From Eledone cirrhosa (taxonomy: Eukaryota), in contig OZ024750.1 in assembly GCA_964016885.1 (NCBI GenBank), positions 54,002,001-54,066,000 of the forward strand: DNA of 64,000 nt. Direction: 5' to 3'. The translations under genes and the position numbers were made by a program. The first letter of the stretch is position 1. Every line of letters begins with the position of its first letter. Below, in pieces: positions 12,258 to 23,954 of this stretch. The notes beneath the pieces were generated by a model that saw only the letters and a list, made by a program, of their open reading frames with translations, was not told where the DNA came from and did no database searches.

Positions 12258-13537
12258 ATAAAAATAACAGGAGGCTGGACTGGTGTAAATCCTTGAAATG
12301 TTTATTAGACTAGGATCATTTCAATGACCGGGTTCCATATGAATCCGGTGATTTCATCAGGTATTCGAAATATAACAAAGGAATATGTAAAAACCATGGG
12401 TCCGAAAAATCAGAGACAGAGAGGACAACTGACCAACTAGCTGCCTTCACCTCTGCTAGTTGCCCTCAAAGTGATGGCTACTCGTTCTGCTAATGGCCAT
12501 CTGGTGAGGGGGCGAAGGCTTATAATGTACTACCACCATTCCGTCAAAGAATAAAAAAAATAAAAAAGGGGAAGAAAGGAAGAAGTCAGCGTAAGGGTCA
12601 CACTACAGTCAAGCTAGAAAACGCCGCGAAAAATGTTATTCTAAAGAATCTATATTTTAACAAAGGCATATATAATGGGTGTCTGTATGGTCTAATGTGT
12701 GAACAGGAAATTGGAACGTTAAACTTATGTTAAGAGTTATAGGATGAAATTAAATTAAAAAATAATAAATTGAAAATTGGAAAATAAATAAAAAAATTAT
12801 TTAATGAACTTACAGAGAGAGTCTTATATGAAAAAGTTAATCTCGATAAGATATCAGGGTGGGATAATAGAGTAAAGATTAAAGCCTTCGATTGTGAATC
12901 CCAGCCAGCACCTCCTAACCACGTGTCAGCCAGTTTCGAGGGGTATCGTCCAGCGAAAGAAATGGAAATTAATTTTTCCGAGTACTCTAGGAACGTAGCT
13001 ACCCTAGGCCCCGGGTGTGCTAGCAGAAAGTCTACAATTTTGACAGGCCATCGTCAATACCAAATGAATACTATTAATTCACACATGAGGGGTTTATTTA
13101 CGTGCCAGAAGAGGCATGATACAGCTAACAGTTATGCCTAAGTCTAGAGTTTATAGGGATAAGTATAATATAGCGGCCAAAACAGGCGGCGTGGCAGGCC
13201 CGGGGCAAAGTAAGCCGCTCCGAGTAATTTCGTTTACCGAAAGAGGGGAAATTTATTTTTCCAAGCACTCAAGGAAGGCTTAACTTTCAGAGCGCCCATC
13301 GCACAGCCGGGAAAAGCCACCACATCAATCGAAGGTAGCAAAACCCAATAAAGAGTGCAAATAGGCTATAATTATTTTAAATTCCCAGTTAGTCCGGGTT
13401 ATAAGTAGTGTGGTTCTTTGGTGGGTAGGGGGCTATGAAAGGTGCATAATGACCTGAGTAAGGAAAGTTACATATAAATAAAAGCAGGATACAAAGATAA
13501 AATACAAAGATAAAGAATACATTGATAAAAATACATT

Positions 13538-13726
13538 AATTGTTTCTACTTTTGGCACAAGGCCAGCAATTACCCAGTGCATTACTGGTACTTTATTTTA
13601 TCGACCCCGTAAGGATGAAAGGCAAAGTTAACCTCGGCGGGGTTTGAACTCAGATCATAAAGGGACGTAACTCTATGCTTCAAAGCATGGTGTCCGACTC
13701 TCTACCGATACTGCCAATCCCCCGCC
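13538..13726 (-). mobile_element. tRNA-derived SINE family 1; other copies at ~16501-16692(-), 33441-33633(+), 43090-43260(-), 45588-45778(-), 49750-49930(+), 50839-51030(+), 58663-58856(-)
   Basis: A-box-like TGGCAGTATCGG, B-box GAGTTCAAATCC, tail GGCCTTGTGCCAAAAGTAGAAACAATTA; this copy has a 21-bp TSD CATTGATAAAAATACATTAAT. Confidence 0.9.
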
Positions 13727-14525
13727 ATTGATAAAAATACATTAATAAACTAATAAAAGTAAAAAGTAAAATACATAAATAAAACGTCTTCATAGCTAGG
13801 GTAGTGATGTAGAAAGACGGAAGTATATAAGAACATATCGGAGGAATCAGAGCAAAGGGGAAATACAATATAGATCAAGTTGTAGTATGATAATACAGGT
13901 TGTACATATAGATAAAGAGATGGAATGGTAACAGGTGGTACCTAGTGTAAAGTTCAGGTCTCTGAATTCAGTGTGTGTCACAAAAAAGTCCTGAGGTATA
14001 GAGTAGAGAATTAAGTCAATACAATACATGTTTTAGTATAATACGTAGAGTTTTGTCGGAATCAGAATCATCCCGACAAGGAAGTAGTATCGGGTGGGCG
14101 GTAGACAAAGCACAGAGCAGCCAAAATCCGAATGGTAAGTAGATCAGTTAATCCCATGCTGGCAATAGCTGTACACTGAAGTCAGTGCCGCTGTTCAATA
14201 TTACATTTGGAAGTGCTTAACATTATTGGAGCATTATTTCATTAGGTTTGTTGGTTCACCGCTGGATAGAATTCCGTATGGTCAATCTTGGTGTAATATT
14301 GTGGAGAGTACTCAACGTAGTGCAGTTCACCCGTCTTCGTTTGTGTAGTTGGTGGTGCGAATACGGAGTTAATTATCAATAAAAATAACAGGAGACTGGA
14401 CTGGTGTAAATCGTTGAAAGGTTTATTATACTATGATCATTTCAATGACCGGGTTCCATATGAATCCGGTGATTTCATCAGGTATTGGAATATAACAAAG
14501 GAATATGTAAAAACCATGGGTCCGA

Positions 14526-14583
14526 ATACCTGATGAAATCACCGGATTCATATGGAACCCTGTCATTGAAATGATCATAGTAT
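14526..14583 (+). ncRNA. Type I hammerhead ribozyme motif (further copies on - strand at 14428-14485 and, mutated, 12307-12364)
   Basis: ATAC-CTGATGA-[AATCACCGGATTC atatg GAACCCTGTCATT]-GAAA-TGATCA-TA-GTAT: core boxes, helix II, palindromic helix III, AUA triplet, helix I ATAC/GTAT. Confidence 0.8.
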
Positions 14584-14834
14584 AATAAACCTTTCAACGA
14601 TTTACACCAGTCCAGTCTCCTGTTATTTTTATTGATAATTAACTCCGTATTCGCACCACCAACTACACAAACGAAGACGGGTGAACTGCACTACGTTGAG
14701 TACTCTCCACAATATTACACCAAAATTGACCATACGGAATTCTATCCAGTGGTGAACCAACAAACCTAATGAAATATATATATATATATATTGGTGTTAG
14801 CAAGGGCACTCACCCACAGAATATATATTTATAT

Positions 14835-15185
14835 GGTGACACATGGCTTAGTGGTTAGAGCATTGGCCTTGCAATCGAAAGGTTGTGAGTTCAATTCTCA
14901 AACCGGGTGATGTGTTGTTTCCTTGAGCAAGACACTTTATTTCACATTGCTCCAGTTTACTCAGCTGTAGAAATGAGATGATAGGGACTGGGGTCCCTAT
15001 CATTCCACTGCAAAGTGGTCATGGAGGTGCCACGGCAAAAAAGCACCCAGCACTCACTGTAAATGAGGTTGGTGTTAGGAAGGGCATCCAGCTGTAGAAA
15101 TCAAGCCAGAATCAGTTCCCGTCCCACCCTTGCAAGCAGAGAAAAAGCGGACGTAAAATGAAATGATGATGATGATGATGATGAT
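14835..15185 (+). mobile_element. tRNA-derived SINE family 2 with CORE-like segment and RTE tail; other copies at ~41383-41719(-) and 62919-63260(+)
   Basis: A-box TGGCTTAGTGG, B-box GAGTTCAATTC, CCTTGAGCAAGACACTT segment, tail GCGGACGTAAAATG(ATG)n. Confidence 0.9.
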
Positions 15186-15384
15186 ATATATGTGCGTGTG
15201 TGTGATTAGATTATACATCATGGCTCTGGTAAAAGACACTTGTCCAATATACTAGCAAGTGGGATGAAACCCAGGACCTTATGATTGCCATGTTGTGTTC
15301 ATGTGGGGTTTATCTTGAAACACTGAGATTGGCACCTCTCCATATTGCAGGACTAGGCACATTTTATTTGGTTATATATATATA

Positions 15385-15750
15385 TGTACAAAGTGAAACC
15401 TACAGTCAGTAGGCACCTCTAGCAAAAATACACCCCCGCCCCACTACCCCCACCCCATCCACATGTAAAGTTATGTTGGTGCCACAACATCCAGCCCGAA
15501 ACAAATGAGGTCGTGTAGGTGTCACAACAAAAAAAAACACACAGTCCACGCTGTAATGTGGCCGTGTAGATAACACGGTAAAAACCTCCCAGTCCTGTAA
15601 ATGTGGTTGGTGTTAGGAAGGGCATCCAGCCGTAGAAAACCCGCCAGACAGTCCTATGCGAGCAAGACAACCATTCTTGCCTTAAGTGGGAAAACTCCTG
15701 TCCAAACCCATGCAAGCGTGGAAGATGGACGGTAAACGATGATGATGATG
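15385..15750 (+). mobile_element. RTE LINE 3' UTR fragment
   Basis: Matches 36882-37290 (TGTACAAAGTGAAACCTACAGTCAGTAGGCACCTCT ... GGACG.TAAA.GATGATG). Confidence 0.85.
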
Positions 15751-15908
15751 TGTGTGTAAGTGTATATTTGTGTATATGTATTTATGTGCGATTATATAAG
15801 TGCATATTTGCATGTATGTAATTATATGTGTGTGCAGGTGTGTATTTTATATATATGTGTGTAAAATCCTTGTTTAATTGCTATGTTTTGTTTTCATTTT
15901 TTTGCTAG

Positions 15909-16038
15909 AAAAAGCTCGTGGCAAATGTTCAAGTTACGGAAATCTAGTCTGAAGAGAGAGTCTGACAGCAGAAACAGTTTAGAGCGGAAAAGTAGGAGTT
16001 TGGGTCGAGATGGTAAACTACCATCATCAACATCAAAA
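15909..16038 (+). CDS. KALRN/TRIO: Trio/Kalirin-like exon: basic linker between SH3 and Ig
   Basis: TAG|A AAA AGC TCG TGG...AAA|GTAGGT; KSSWQMFKLRKSSLKRE..., phases 2/0 fit both neighbours. Confidence 0.85.
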
Positions 16039-16052
16039 GTAGGTCTAGCTTT

Positions 16053-16438
16053 ACACCACCATCACCACTACCATTACCACCACCACCAGCATCACCACCA
16101 CGACCATCACCACCACCATCACCACCACTACCATTACCACTACCATCACCACCACTACCATTACCACCACCACCAGCATCACCACCACTACCATTACCAC
16201 CTCCACCAGCATCACCACCACTACCATTACCACTACCATTACCACCACCACCAGCACCACCACCACTACCACCACCACTACCATTACCACTACCATTACC
16301 ACCTCCACCAGCATCACCACCACTACCATTACCACTACCATTACCACCACCACCAGCACCACCACCACTACCACCACCACTACCATTACCACCTCCACCA
16401 GCATCACCACCACTACCATCACCACCACCATTACCATT
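16053..16438. repeat. Compound (CAC/CAT/TAC/CAG)n trinucleotide repeat, intronic
   Basis: Direct reading; begins 14 bp after a splice donor. Confidence 0.95.
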
Positions 16439-17001
16439 GTAAAGATGAAAGACAAAGTTAACCTCTGGGATTTGAGCTCAGTTCATAAAATGTGAGCTGT
16501 AATAATTGTTTCTACTTTTGGCACAAGGCCAGCAATTATCCCAGTGTATTACTGGTACTTTATTTTATCGACCCCGTAAGGATGAAAGGCAAAGTTAACC
16601 TCGGCAGGATTTGAACTCAGTCCATAAAGGGACGTAACTGTGCTGCAAAGCATGGCGTCCGACCCTCTACCGATACTGCCAATCCACCGCCCTCAGTGAG
16701 CTCTAATAACAACATGATAGAACTGAGGTTTCCAACATTAAAATACCCAAGAAATGCCATAGGAAGCTAGCTAAACCTAGGTGTAAATTGTAACAACAAC
16801 ATAATAGCCCCTATCATTAAAACACCCAAGAAACTTGGAGACCAGCTAAACCTACATAGATGTGAACCGTAAATTTAATTTTCTATAATATAAAGTATAA
16901 ATAGAGATATGTAGTAAAACATAGCAACATTTAGCAAAATACCCCAACACCTAAAAACTAAAATATTAAATATTAAGACAACTCTTTGTTCTCCATTGTA
17001 G

Positions 17002-17220
17002 ATGAGCAGTTCTGATTTTGTGTATGAAGTTGCACCAACCATCCAGCAGGCGTTGGCAGATGTTACAGTCAACGCAGGAGAAGAGGCTGCGTTGACATGT
17101 CGTATCTGTGGACGGCCAAAACCAACCATTATCTGGAAGTCTCCAGATTCCAACACTGTCATACCGAGTGTAAGAACTTCCATTAGTTACTGCGACGAGA
17201 ATGGTGAGGCACGCTTACAA
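17002..17220 (+). CDS. KALRN/TRIO: Trio/Kalirin-like exon: Ig I-set domain, N-terminal part
   Basis: TAG|ATG...CAA|GTAAGT; APTIQQALADVTVNAGEEAALTCRICGRPKPTIIWKSP...GEARLQ. Confidence 0.95.
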
Positions 17221-17513
17221 GTAAGTGTCTCATTGACTATATCATCATCATCATCATCATCGTCATTATCATCATCATCATCATCTCCACCACCACCTCC
17301 ATTTTTATATATGTGTCTTGTCACCCCCACCATGGTTGTTAACTCCACTGTGGCTGTGTTGTCAACTCCTTATATCTCCCTCCACTATGGCTGTCACCTC
17401 CAGTCTCATACCTCCACTATGTCTATCAACTTCAGTATAGCTATTGTTCCAGTTGCAGTAGTAGTAGCAGCACACAACCTACAGTTAAAATGTTGTGTTT
17501 ATCTCTTCTATAG

Positions 17514-17610
17514 ATATCTGATGTTAGCATGTTAGATGATGGTGAATATCTATGTATTGGTAGCAGTGAACTGGGTATGGTGATGAGTAGAGCTTCAATT
17601 ACTGTCATTG
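17514..17610 (+). CDS. KALRN/TRIO: Trio/Kalirin-like exon: Ig domain, C-terminal part
   Basis: TAG|ATA...G|GTTCGT; ISDVSMLDDGEYLCIGSSELGMVMSRASITVI with the DxGxYxC motif. Confidence 0.93.
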
Positions 17611-17674
17611 GTTCGTATAAATTATATATTCGCACACACATACACACACCCTTACATATAGACACACTCATTTA

Positions 17675-18046
17675 TCTATAAATATAAAGTTGTAGTTCCT
17701 GTCTGTTTGTTTGTTCACGAACTCCTCCTATGGTGTTGGAGATAGACCCCCATAACCATATATATTCTGAAACTACATAGCCCAGGATACTTGGATAAGT
17801 ATATTTCATTTTAATCAAAGGGTTCCCTAGGGGCACAAACCTCCACTGAAAATCTTTTCCCTTCAATTTATATGAAATTTAAACCATAGATAAATGACAA
17901 GATATGATGCCTATTCACAAAATTTCAGCAAAATTAAGACACCCTAATGGAGTTTTTCTCCATAAATTATATCACTGATTTAAAATCAATCATTTTCTTA
18001 CAAAAAAAATGTGTAAAACGCAGCAAGGTGCAGGTAATTTGGCTAG
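17675..18046 (+). mobile_element. Non-autonomous Helitron-like element
   Basis: Starts TC, ends CTAG, sits between A and T, GC-rich subterminal segment, (GTCT/GTTT)n near the 5' end. A similar 5' end starts at 63714. Confidence 0.65.
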
Positions 18047-18339
18047 TATATATATATATATATATATACACACACATATATATATATATATATATACACC
18101 CTTACACATAAATACAGTCTGTAGCTACTTTCTTCTGTTAGTATACACACACCTTTCATCATAATATTATATAAGAATATTGGTTAAAGACCCTCCCCAA
18201 ATATAACAATATCTGTTTCAACACACATTTTCATATCAAGAATCTTACAACATAAATACAAAATCGTATAAAGTTATGCCCCAAACACCAATTTAATATT
18301 TGTTCATTTAATATAATTTTGCTAATTAATGATTTTCAG

Positions 18340-18471
18340 ATCGGCCGGCAGCTCCTGGCAAACCTATTATACGTAATCAGGTTGGAACAGTGGTTCATTT
18401 AGAGTGGACACCTCCTTTACAGTCAAAAAGTGGACAGGTTCAGGGTTATACTGTTGAATACAGGTTTTGTG
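18340..18471 (+). CDS. KALRN/TRIO: Trio/Kalirin-like exon: FN3 domain, N-terminal part
   Basis: CAG|AT...G|GTAGGA; DRPAAPGKPIIRNQVGTVVHLEWTPPLQSKSGQVQGYTVEYRFC. Confidence 0.93.
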
Positions 18472-20099
18472 GTAGGAAAGATTTCATTATTTCAAATCAT
18501 CTTTTTTTTTCTTTACCTGAAAATATATAATGTAATTTGAATATTTGCCAGGATTTATTCATTTTTTTGGCAGGAAGTTCCTTTTATGTTTTTTAGTCTT
18601 GGTGTGTTGTACCTCCGTCATTTCAATAAAAAAAACTACCTGAAATGTGTAGGTGGCTGAGTACTCCACAGACACTTGCACCCTTAACATCAACCTTATT
18701 ACCTTGGAGTTTCTCCTGTGTACTTACAGGATCATCAGGCAAGATTGCAGTGTTATCTGTGAATACATAGTATTCCAGAGTAACAAGACTCATCACTTAC
18801 TTATACTAAAGGGTACTTATTCTAGCATGTCAACGTCACATGGATATATTTATAATGAAGGCACATGGCCCAGTGGTTAGGGTGTTGGACTCACAATCCT
18901 ATGGTCATACAGGGACCGGCCATCCAGGAAACAACATCACACCTCTGTAACAAGAAAATTTTTTCAAGGAAATTTTGGGATTTTTTTAAATCTAAAGAAT
19001 TTTTGGAGGAACTTTCAATGTTTTCAAGTTTTTATAGGTTTTGCTGTCTTAAGAACTCAGGCTATCATAACTGATAGTCCTCAGTGAAGTATGTATAACA
19101 GAGTTTTAAATAAACCTGAATCAACTGATTATAGCCTCCAACCTTTTAATAATATATAATGTTCTGGCTTGCACCATTTATACAGGTTGTTGAATGCTTC
19201 TTTTATCTGCTTCACAGCCAGTCAACCATATGGTCCGCACATCTCTGGTTGGTTAACCCCATATTCTGTATATATGTATATAATAAAAGTAACAAAGATT
19301 GCTGGTATTAATTCAGCATCCTATGGCCAGTGTCCAGCTCATTCAATGAATCTGGCAAATTGCAGTAATGCAGTTGCAATCAGCTGTTCAGAGTGCACAC
19401 AGTTAATAGCAGACATGGTGGCTTTGGTAGAGATAAAAGCAAACATCTCAACTCCTGGACAATATCGTTTCTATGCAACATAACTTCACAAATACAGATA
19501 TTACATCTGCTATGTTCAGAAAGTCACACAATATCAGCAGATATTTATGTAACCAGGCTATTACACATCTTCAGCAGGGTTGACCAAGTCATAAGATAGG
19601 TCCATGCAGTGTGTGTTAGCCATTACTACTGGATAAGGTATTTAACAGTTCTGGGCATTCCCACACTCTGTCTCTAATGAAAAAAGGAAGATTCTATTGT
19701 AAACTAAAACATGTGGTTTGGTGTTTGAATTTAAACAAAGGAATTTGCGACAAAACAGAGCACTCAACCCGCCTCTGGTATATGTGCAGACATACCTAAT
19801 GAGGTTCATGCATCTATACATATATATACAAGCAAATAATATCTGATTTGTGATACAAAATGGAACATTCAATATTCAAAATTTAATATTAGGAAACATA
19901 AACAAGAAATATTGAAAATTCTAACCTAATACGGGAGATATATATATATATGATAGAACATATAGAGGGTGTGTATATATGTGTGGATAATTGTTTGTTT
20001 TGTTTTTGTTACAAAATGTAGCCACCATCTACGCAGGATATATTATTTTTACAGAAACAAAAAGTTATTACTAAAATAAATCATTATTATTATTGTTAT

Positions 20100-21508
20100 T
20101 TTCTTTCATGATTGTTTCTGAGATATATGCCGAGTGTCTTCCTGACACCTAGGGCAAATAAATTCACAGTGTGCATTGGTAAACGAGTTAATACAACACA
20201 TTGATTAAAATTTAAAAAAAAAACAGTATACATATATACACATGTGCATATGTAAATACAAGGAGTGATATCATTCTGACAGAGATAGTGCTCTTCTCAA
20301 TACGTGTGCAGTACCAGTCAAAACAATTTTGGGTAAACCAGGAATCATTCACAAATATTGTTCTATTCCTTTCTTGATCATTCCCAGTCCTCCCACAATC
20401 ACTGGTATTGTAACGGCCTTGAGGTGCCACATTTTCTCAATTTCAATAAGCAGATCTTTATATTTTCGTAGCTTGTCGAATTCTTTTGCCGCGATATTGT
20501 GATCACATGGGATGCTCATATCTATCAACAAACAGACCTTACGTTGATCTTTTACAATGATGTCAGGTCTATTTGCTTTATGGTCCTGTCAGTATGTACA
20601 GGAAAGTCCCAGAGAATTGTTATTGGCTTATTTTTTTTTTGTTAATTCTATAACCGTACCCTGTTCTATTAAGCTCGGATGTAAGGGGTATTACAGCTAT
20701 ACAGAAAAGCAAGGGTGAAAGTGAGTCACCCTGGAATATACCACAATTGATGTTTATATTCCTAGAGCACAGTACCCCAGTGGAATGAGACAATTGGAGA
20801 TTTGTGTTCCATAATGACATATTGTGCTTCAGGAAGTTTGAGATCACAGGTGAGATTTTGAAGATGTCCAGTGATTTCAGAATCCATGAGTGTGGTATGC
20901 TGTCAAAGGCTTTGTTATAATCGATCCATGCAGAACTGAGATTTCTGTGTTTATTATGACAGTTCTCAAGGATCATACAATTAATCAAAGGTTGATCTTT
21001 GCAACCATATAAACCTCGTCGCCACCCTTTTTATTTAATGGGAAAAAGATTGTTCTCCTCCAAAAACACGTATGCTTTTTCCATGAGAATAGAGGTTAAT
21101 AGTTTATAAGTGGTGGACAAGCATGTTATGGGCCGATAGTTTTTTGGATCTTTGGTTTCGTTGTTCTTTGGTAGAGGGTAGGTAATGCCACTTGCTATCC
21201 AATCAGGTGTATTTTTTGGATCTTTCATAATTCCATTAAACAGCTTGACCAATATATTGTGAGTGCACGGGAGTGAGGAAAGCCAAAAATTTGGCACCCT
21301 GTCTCTACCAGGAGATTTCCATTTATGAGATCTATTGAGTGCTGTCCTTAAGTCCGCTATAGAGATGTCTTCCCACGCCTGTTCTTCTAAATTTCTGTAG
21401 GATTTTTCCAGGCGACTAATCCAATCTACATTAGTATTACATGTCTTCTCATCACTCCAAATCTTACTCCAGAAGTTTTCAACTTCTTCTATGGACGGCG
21501 GGGTCTTC
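20100..21508 (-). mobile_element. R4/Dong-like non-LTR retrotransposon (RT and RLE endonuclease), internally deleted
   Basis: NYRPITCLST, WIDYNKAFDSIPH, GIFQGDSLSPL, then LIDMSIPCD..K..KY.DL..EI; bounded by (ATT)n. Confidence 0.85.
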
Positions 21509-21509
21509 A

Positions 21510-21551
<42 letters not shown>

Positions 21552-21553
<2 letters not shown>

Positions 21554-23012
21554 AGTTGCATTTATCTTGCTTTATGTTCATACGAGTTATCACCAAGTTA
21601 CAACCAGTGACCTCAAGAGACAACAAGGTCCGCCATGTTCAAGAAAGAACATACATACACACACATGCATCTTTAGGTGTTTAGACTTGTGATGTACTTA
21701 TATTGACAGAATCTTCCTTAGTATATGGGCAGTTCCCATTAGTACTATCTTTTGTATTTCTCCTATACGCGGGTTTCCTGGGATTTGCGATAAGTAATCA
21801 TTAGACTCCTTAGGTATCATTCCTAGAGCGCCTACAACCACTGGTATTGTTTTAGTTCTCAATTTCCACATTTTTCCAATTTCTATCTCCAGGTCCTTAT
21901 ACTTGCTCAATTTTTCAAATGTTTTTATAGATACATTCTTGTCTATTGGAACGGACATATCAATTAGCTGGCATACCCTCTTTTTAAAGTCCTTCAGTAT
22001 TATATCAGGTCTATTTGCATCTATTTTTCGGTCTGTTTGGATGCTAAAGTTCCACAAGATTGAGATGTGATCTTTTTCAAGTATGGGAGGTGGTTGATGC
22101 TCCCACCAATTCTTTTGATGGGGCAGGTCAAAATGCTTACACATTATCCAATGTATGTATTGTGCAGCTCTGTCATGCCTGTTTAGGTATTCGATTGGAG
22201 CTATAGGACTGCACATTAAAATTATATGATCAATGGTCTCTGGTTGTTTTTTACATACACGGCATAATGGGTTGCATCCATTTTTTATTATGTTGGCAGA
22301 CACTGATCTTGTGCTGATATAATCAGTCCTTCAGTCTCCGATTTCAGTCCAGAGGATGCCAACCACTGATGGGTTAAAGTTTTGTCAACATCAGGATTGT
22401 TAGCTCTTTCTGGGTATTTTCCATACAGAGGCTTTTCTTGCCATTTCTTAGCCAGTTTCTGTAGCAGTTCTTTCTTTGCAGTTACTTTTACCTGCTTTGC
22501 TTTTTCTGTGTTTTCCATTTCAGCAGTAAATGGGACTTCTGAAATTTGTAGTCCATTACTGTATCTTTGTGCATCTTTTGTAATGGAGTATGATCTTTTG
22601 ATGCTTTTGTGTTTCAAAACGAGTTTGATCATCCAATCATGTGATTCCCTTAGATATGTAGATAATCCAATTGTTGCAGTTTTCAACGCAATATCTAACT
22701 GGATTAACCCACGTCCTCATTCTTTCCTAGGGAGATATATTCTATCTGTATCTGCCTTAGGGTGATGCATTCTGTGCATGGTTAAGAATTTTCTAATTTT
22801 TGTATCGAGCCTACGGATCTCTGTGCTTGACCAGTTGATGACATTGAAACTGTAGGTTACTACTGGTATGGCAAGCGTGTTTATGGCATCGATCCTATTC
22901 CTTGCATTCAATTCCGTTCTTAAGATTGCTCTTACTCTGCGGTAACATTCCTTCCTTATCCTTTCCCTCATTGTCGAGTGCTTGATTCCGTCTCCTTCAC
23001 AAACACCTAGAT
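21552..23012 (-). mobile_element. R4/Dong-like non-LTR retrotransposon, 3' portion
   Basis: CRVCKKQPETIDHI zinc knuckle, RHD, NRPDII, KYKDLEIE; bounded by (ATT)n. Its 3' UTR recurs at 23779-23935. Confidence 0.87.
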
Positions 23013-23022
23013 ATTATTATTA

Positions 23023-23760
23023 TTCTTTGAGTCTCAGTCATTGATGTTATTTAACTGGAAAGTTTGTTGAAATGAATATCAAGCCACTACCTGCAGCCTC
23101 AGATATTCAGGATGTATCGGAGGGTTCTTGCTGTTCCCTGCAAGCATACCTTTTGAAGTGTTCCAAAAAGCGGAGTTGGACTAATCTTCTTTAACCATCC
23201 TTGGAAACTCTTTGGGATAGTACCTAGTGCGCCTATGACAATCGGGACCACTTTGACTTCATGGCAGTTCCAAATCCTTTTTAACTCCAACTTTAAATCC
23301 AGGTATAGGTTAATGTTCTCCTTCTCCTTTTCTTGCACTCTTGTGTCAAATGGGCAGGCTACATCTACAATCAGGCACAATCTTTTTTCCTTGTCAAAAA
23401 CCATCAGGTCAGGCCTATTGTGTTCTAATTTCTTCTCCGTCTGCATCCTAAAATCCCATAGCACCTTCACCTGATTGTTTTATATCACCGACTCTGGCTT
23501 ATGCTCATACCACTTCTCAGAATGTGGTAAATTGTTTAGTTTGCATAGATGCCAGTGGATCACCCTGCCTATCACATCATGTCTCCAGCCTTTATAGTGA
23601 GTCTGGGCTAGGTGTTTACACACGGATACAATGTGAGCCACAGTCTCCTCTCTCTCTCCACAGATCCTACACAGTCAATATGGTGTTTCACCCACTTCGT
23701 TCTGAGGGCTTGCTCTTCTGCAGCCATTAGCATTCCTTCTGTAACTTTTTAAAGGTCTCC
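23023..23760 (-). mobile_element. R4/Dong-like non-LTR retrotransposon 3' fragment (third subfamily)
   Basis: WDFRMQTEKKLEHNRPDLMV..IVDVACPFD..GALGT; bounded by short ATT runs. Confidence 0.82.
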
Positions 23761-23954
23761 TTATTATTATAATTTTTTCATTTATCTTGCTTTATATTCA
23801 TACAAGTTATCACCAAGTCACAACCAGTGACCTCAAGAACAACAAGGTCCGCCATATTCAAGAAAGAACGCATACACATATATCTTTAGGTGTTTAGTCT
23901 TGTGATGTATTTATATTGACAGAACCTTAGTATATTATTATTATTATTATTATT

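Larger units (their letters stand above)
12255..14775 (-). mobile_element. ORF-less Penelope-like element: ~150-bp direct repeats carrying hammerhead motifs plus an inverted terminal arm
   Basis: 12255-12406 recurs at 14376-14526; 14525-14775 is the reverse complement of ~14236-14486; (TA)n on both sides; longest internal ORF in the track is 72 aa. Confidence 0.75.

Noticed and set aside
14835-14910. tRNA gene
   Set aside because: A and B boxes belong to a multi-copy SINE head; no acceptor stem is apparent.
15883-16461. 192-aa His-rich ORF
   Set aside because: Only 15909-16038 is exon; the poly-His part is read-through into an intronic triplet repeat after a good donor.
19100-19900. Possible coding relic
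   Set aside because: No recognisable motifs in the frames I read and no need for an extra exon, since 18471 and 32500 join in phase within FN3.
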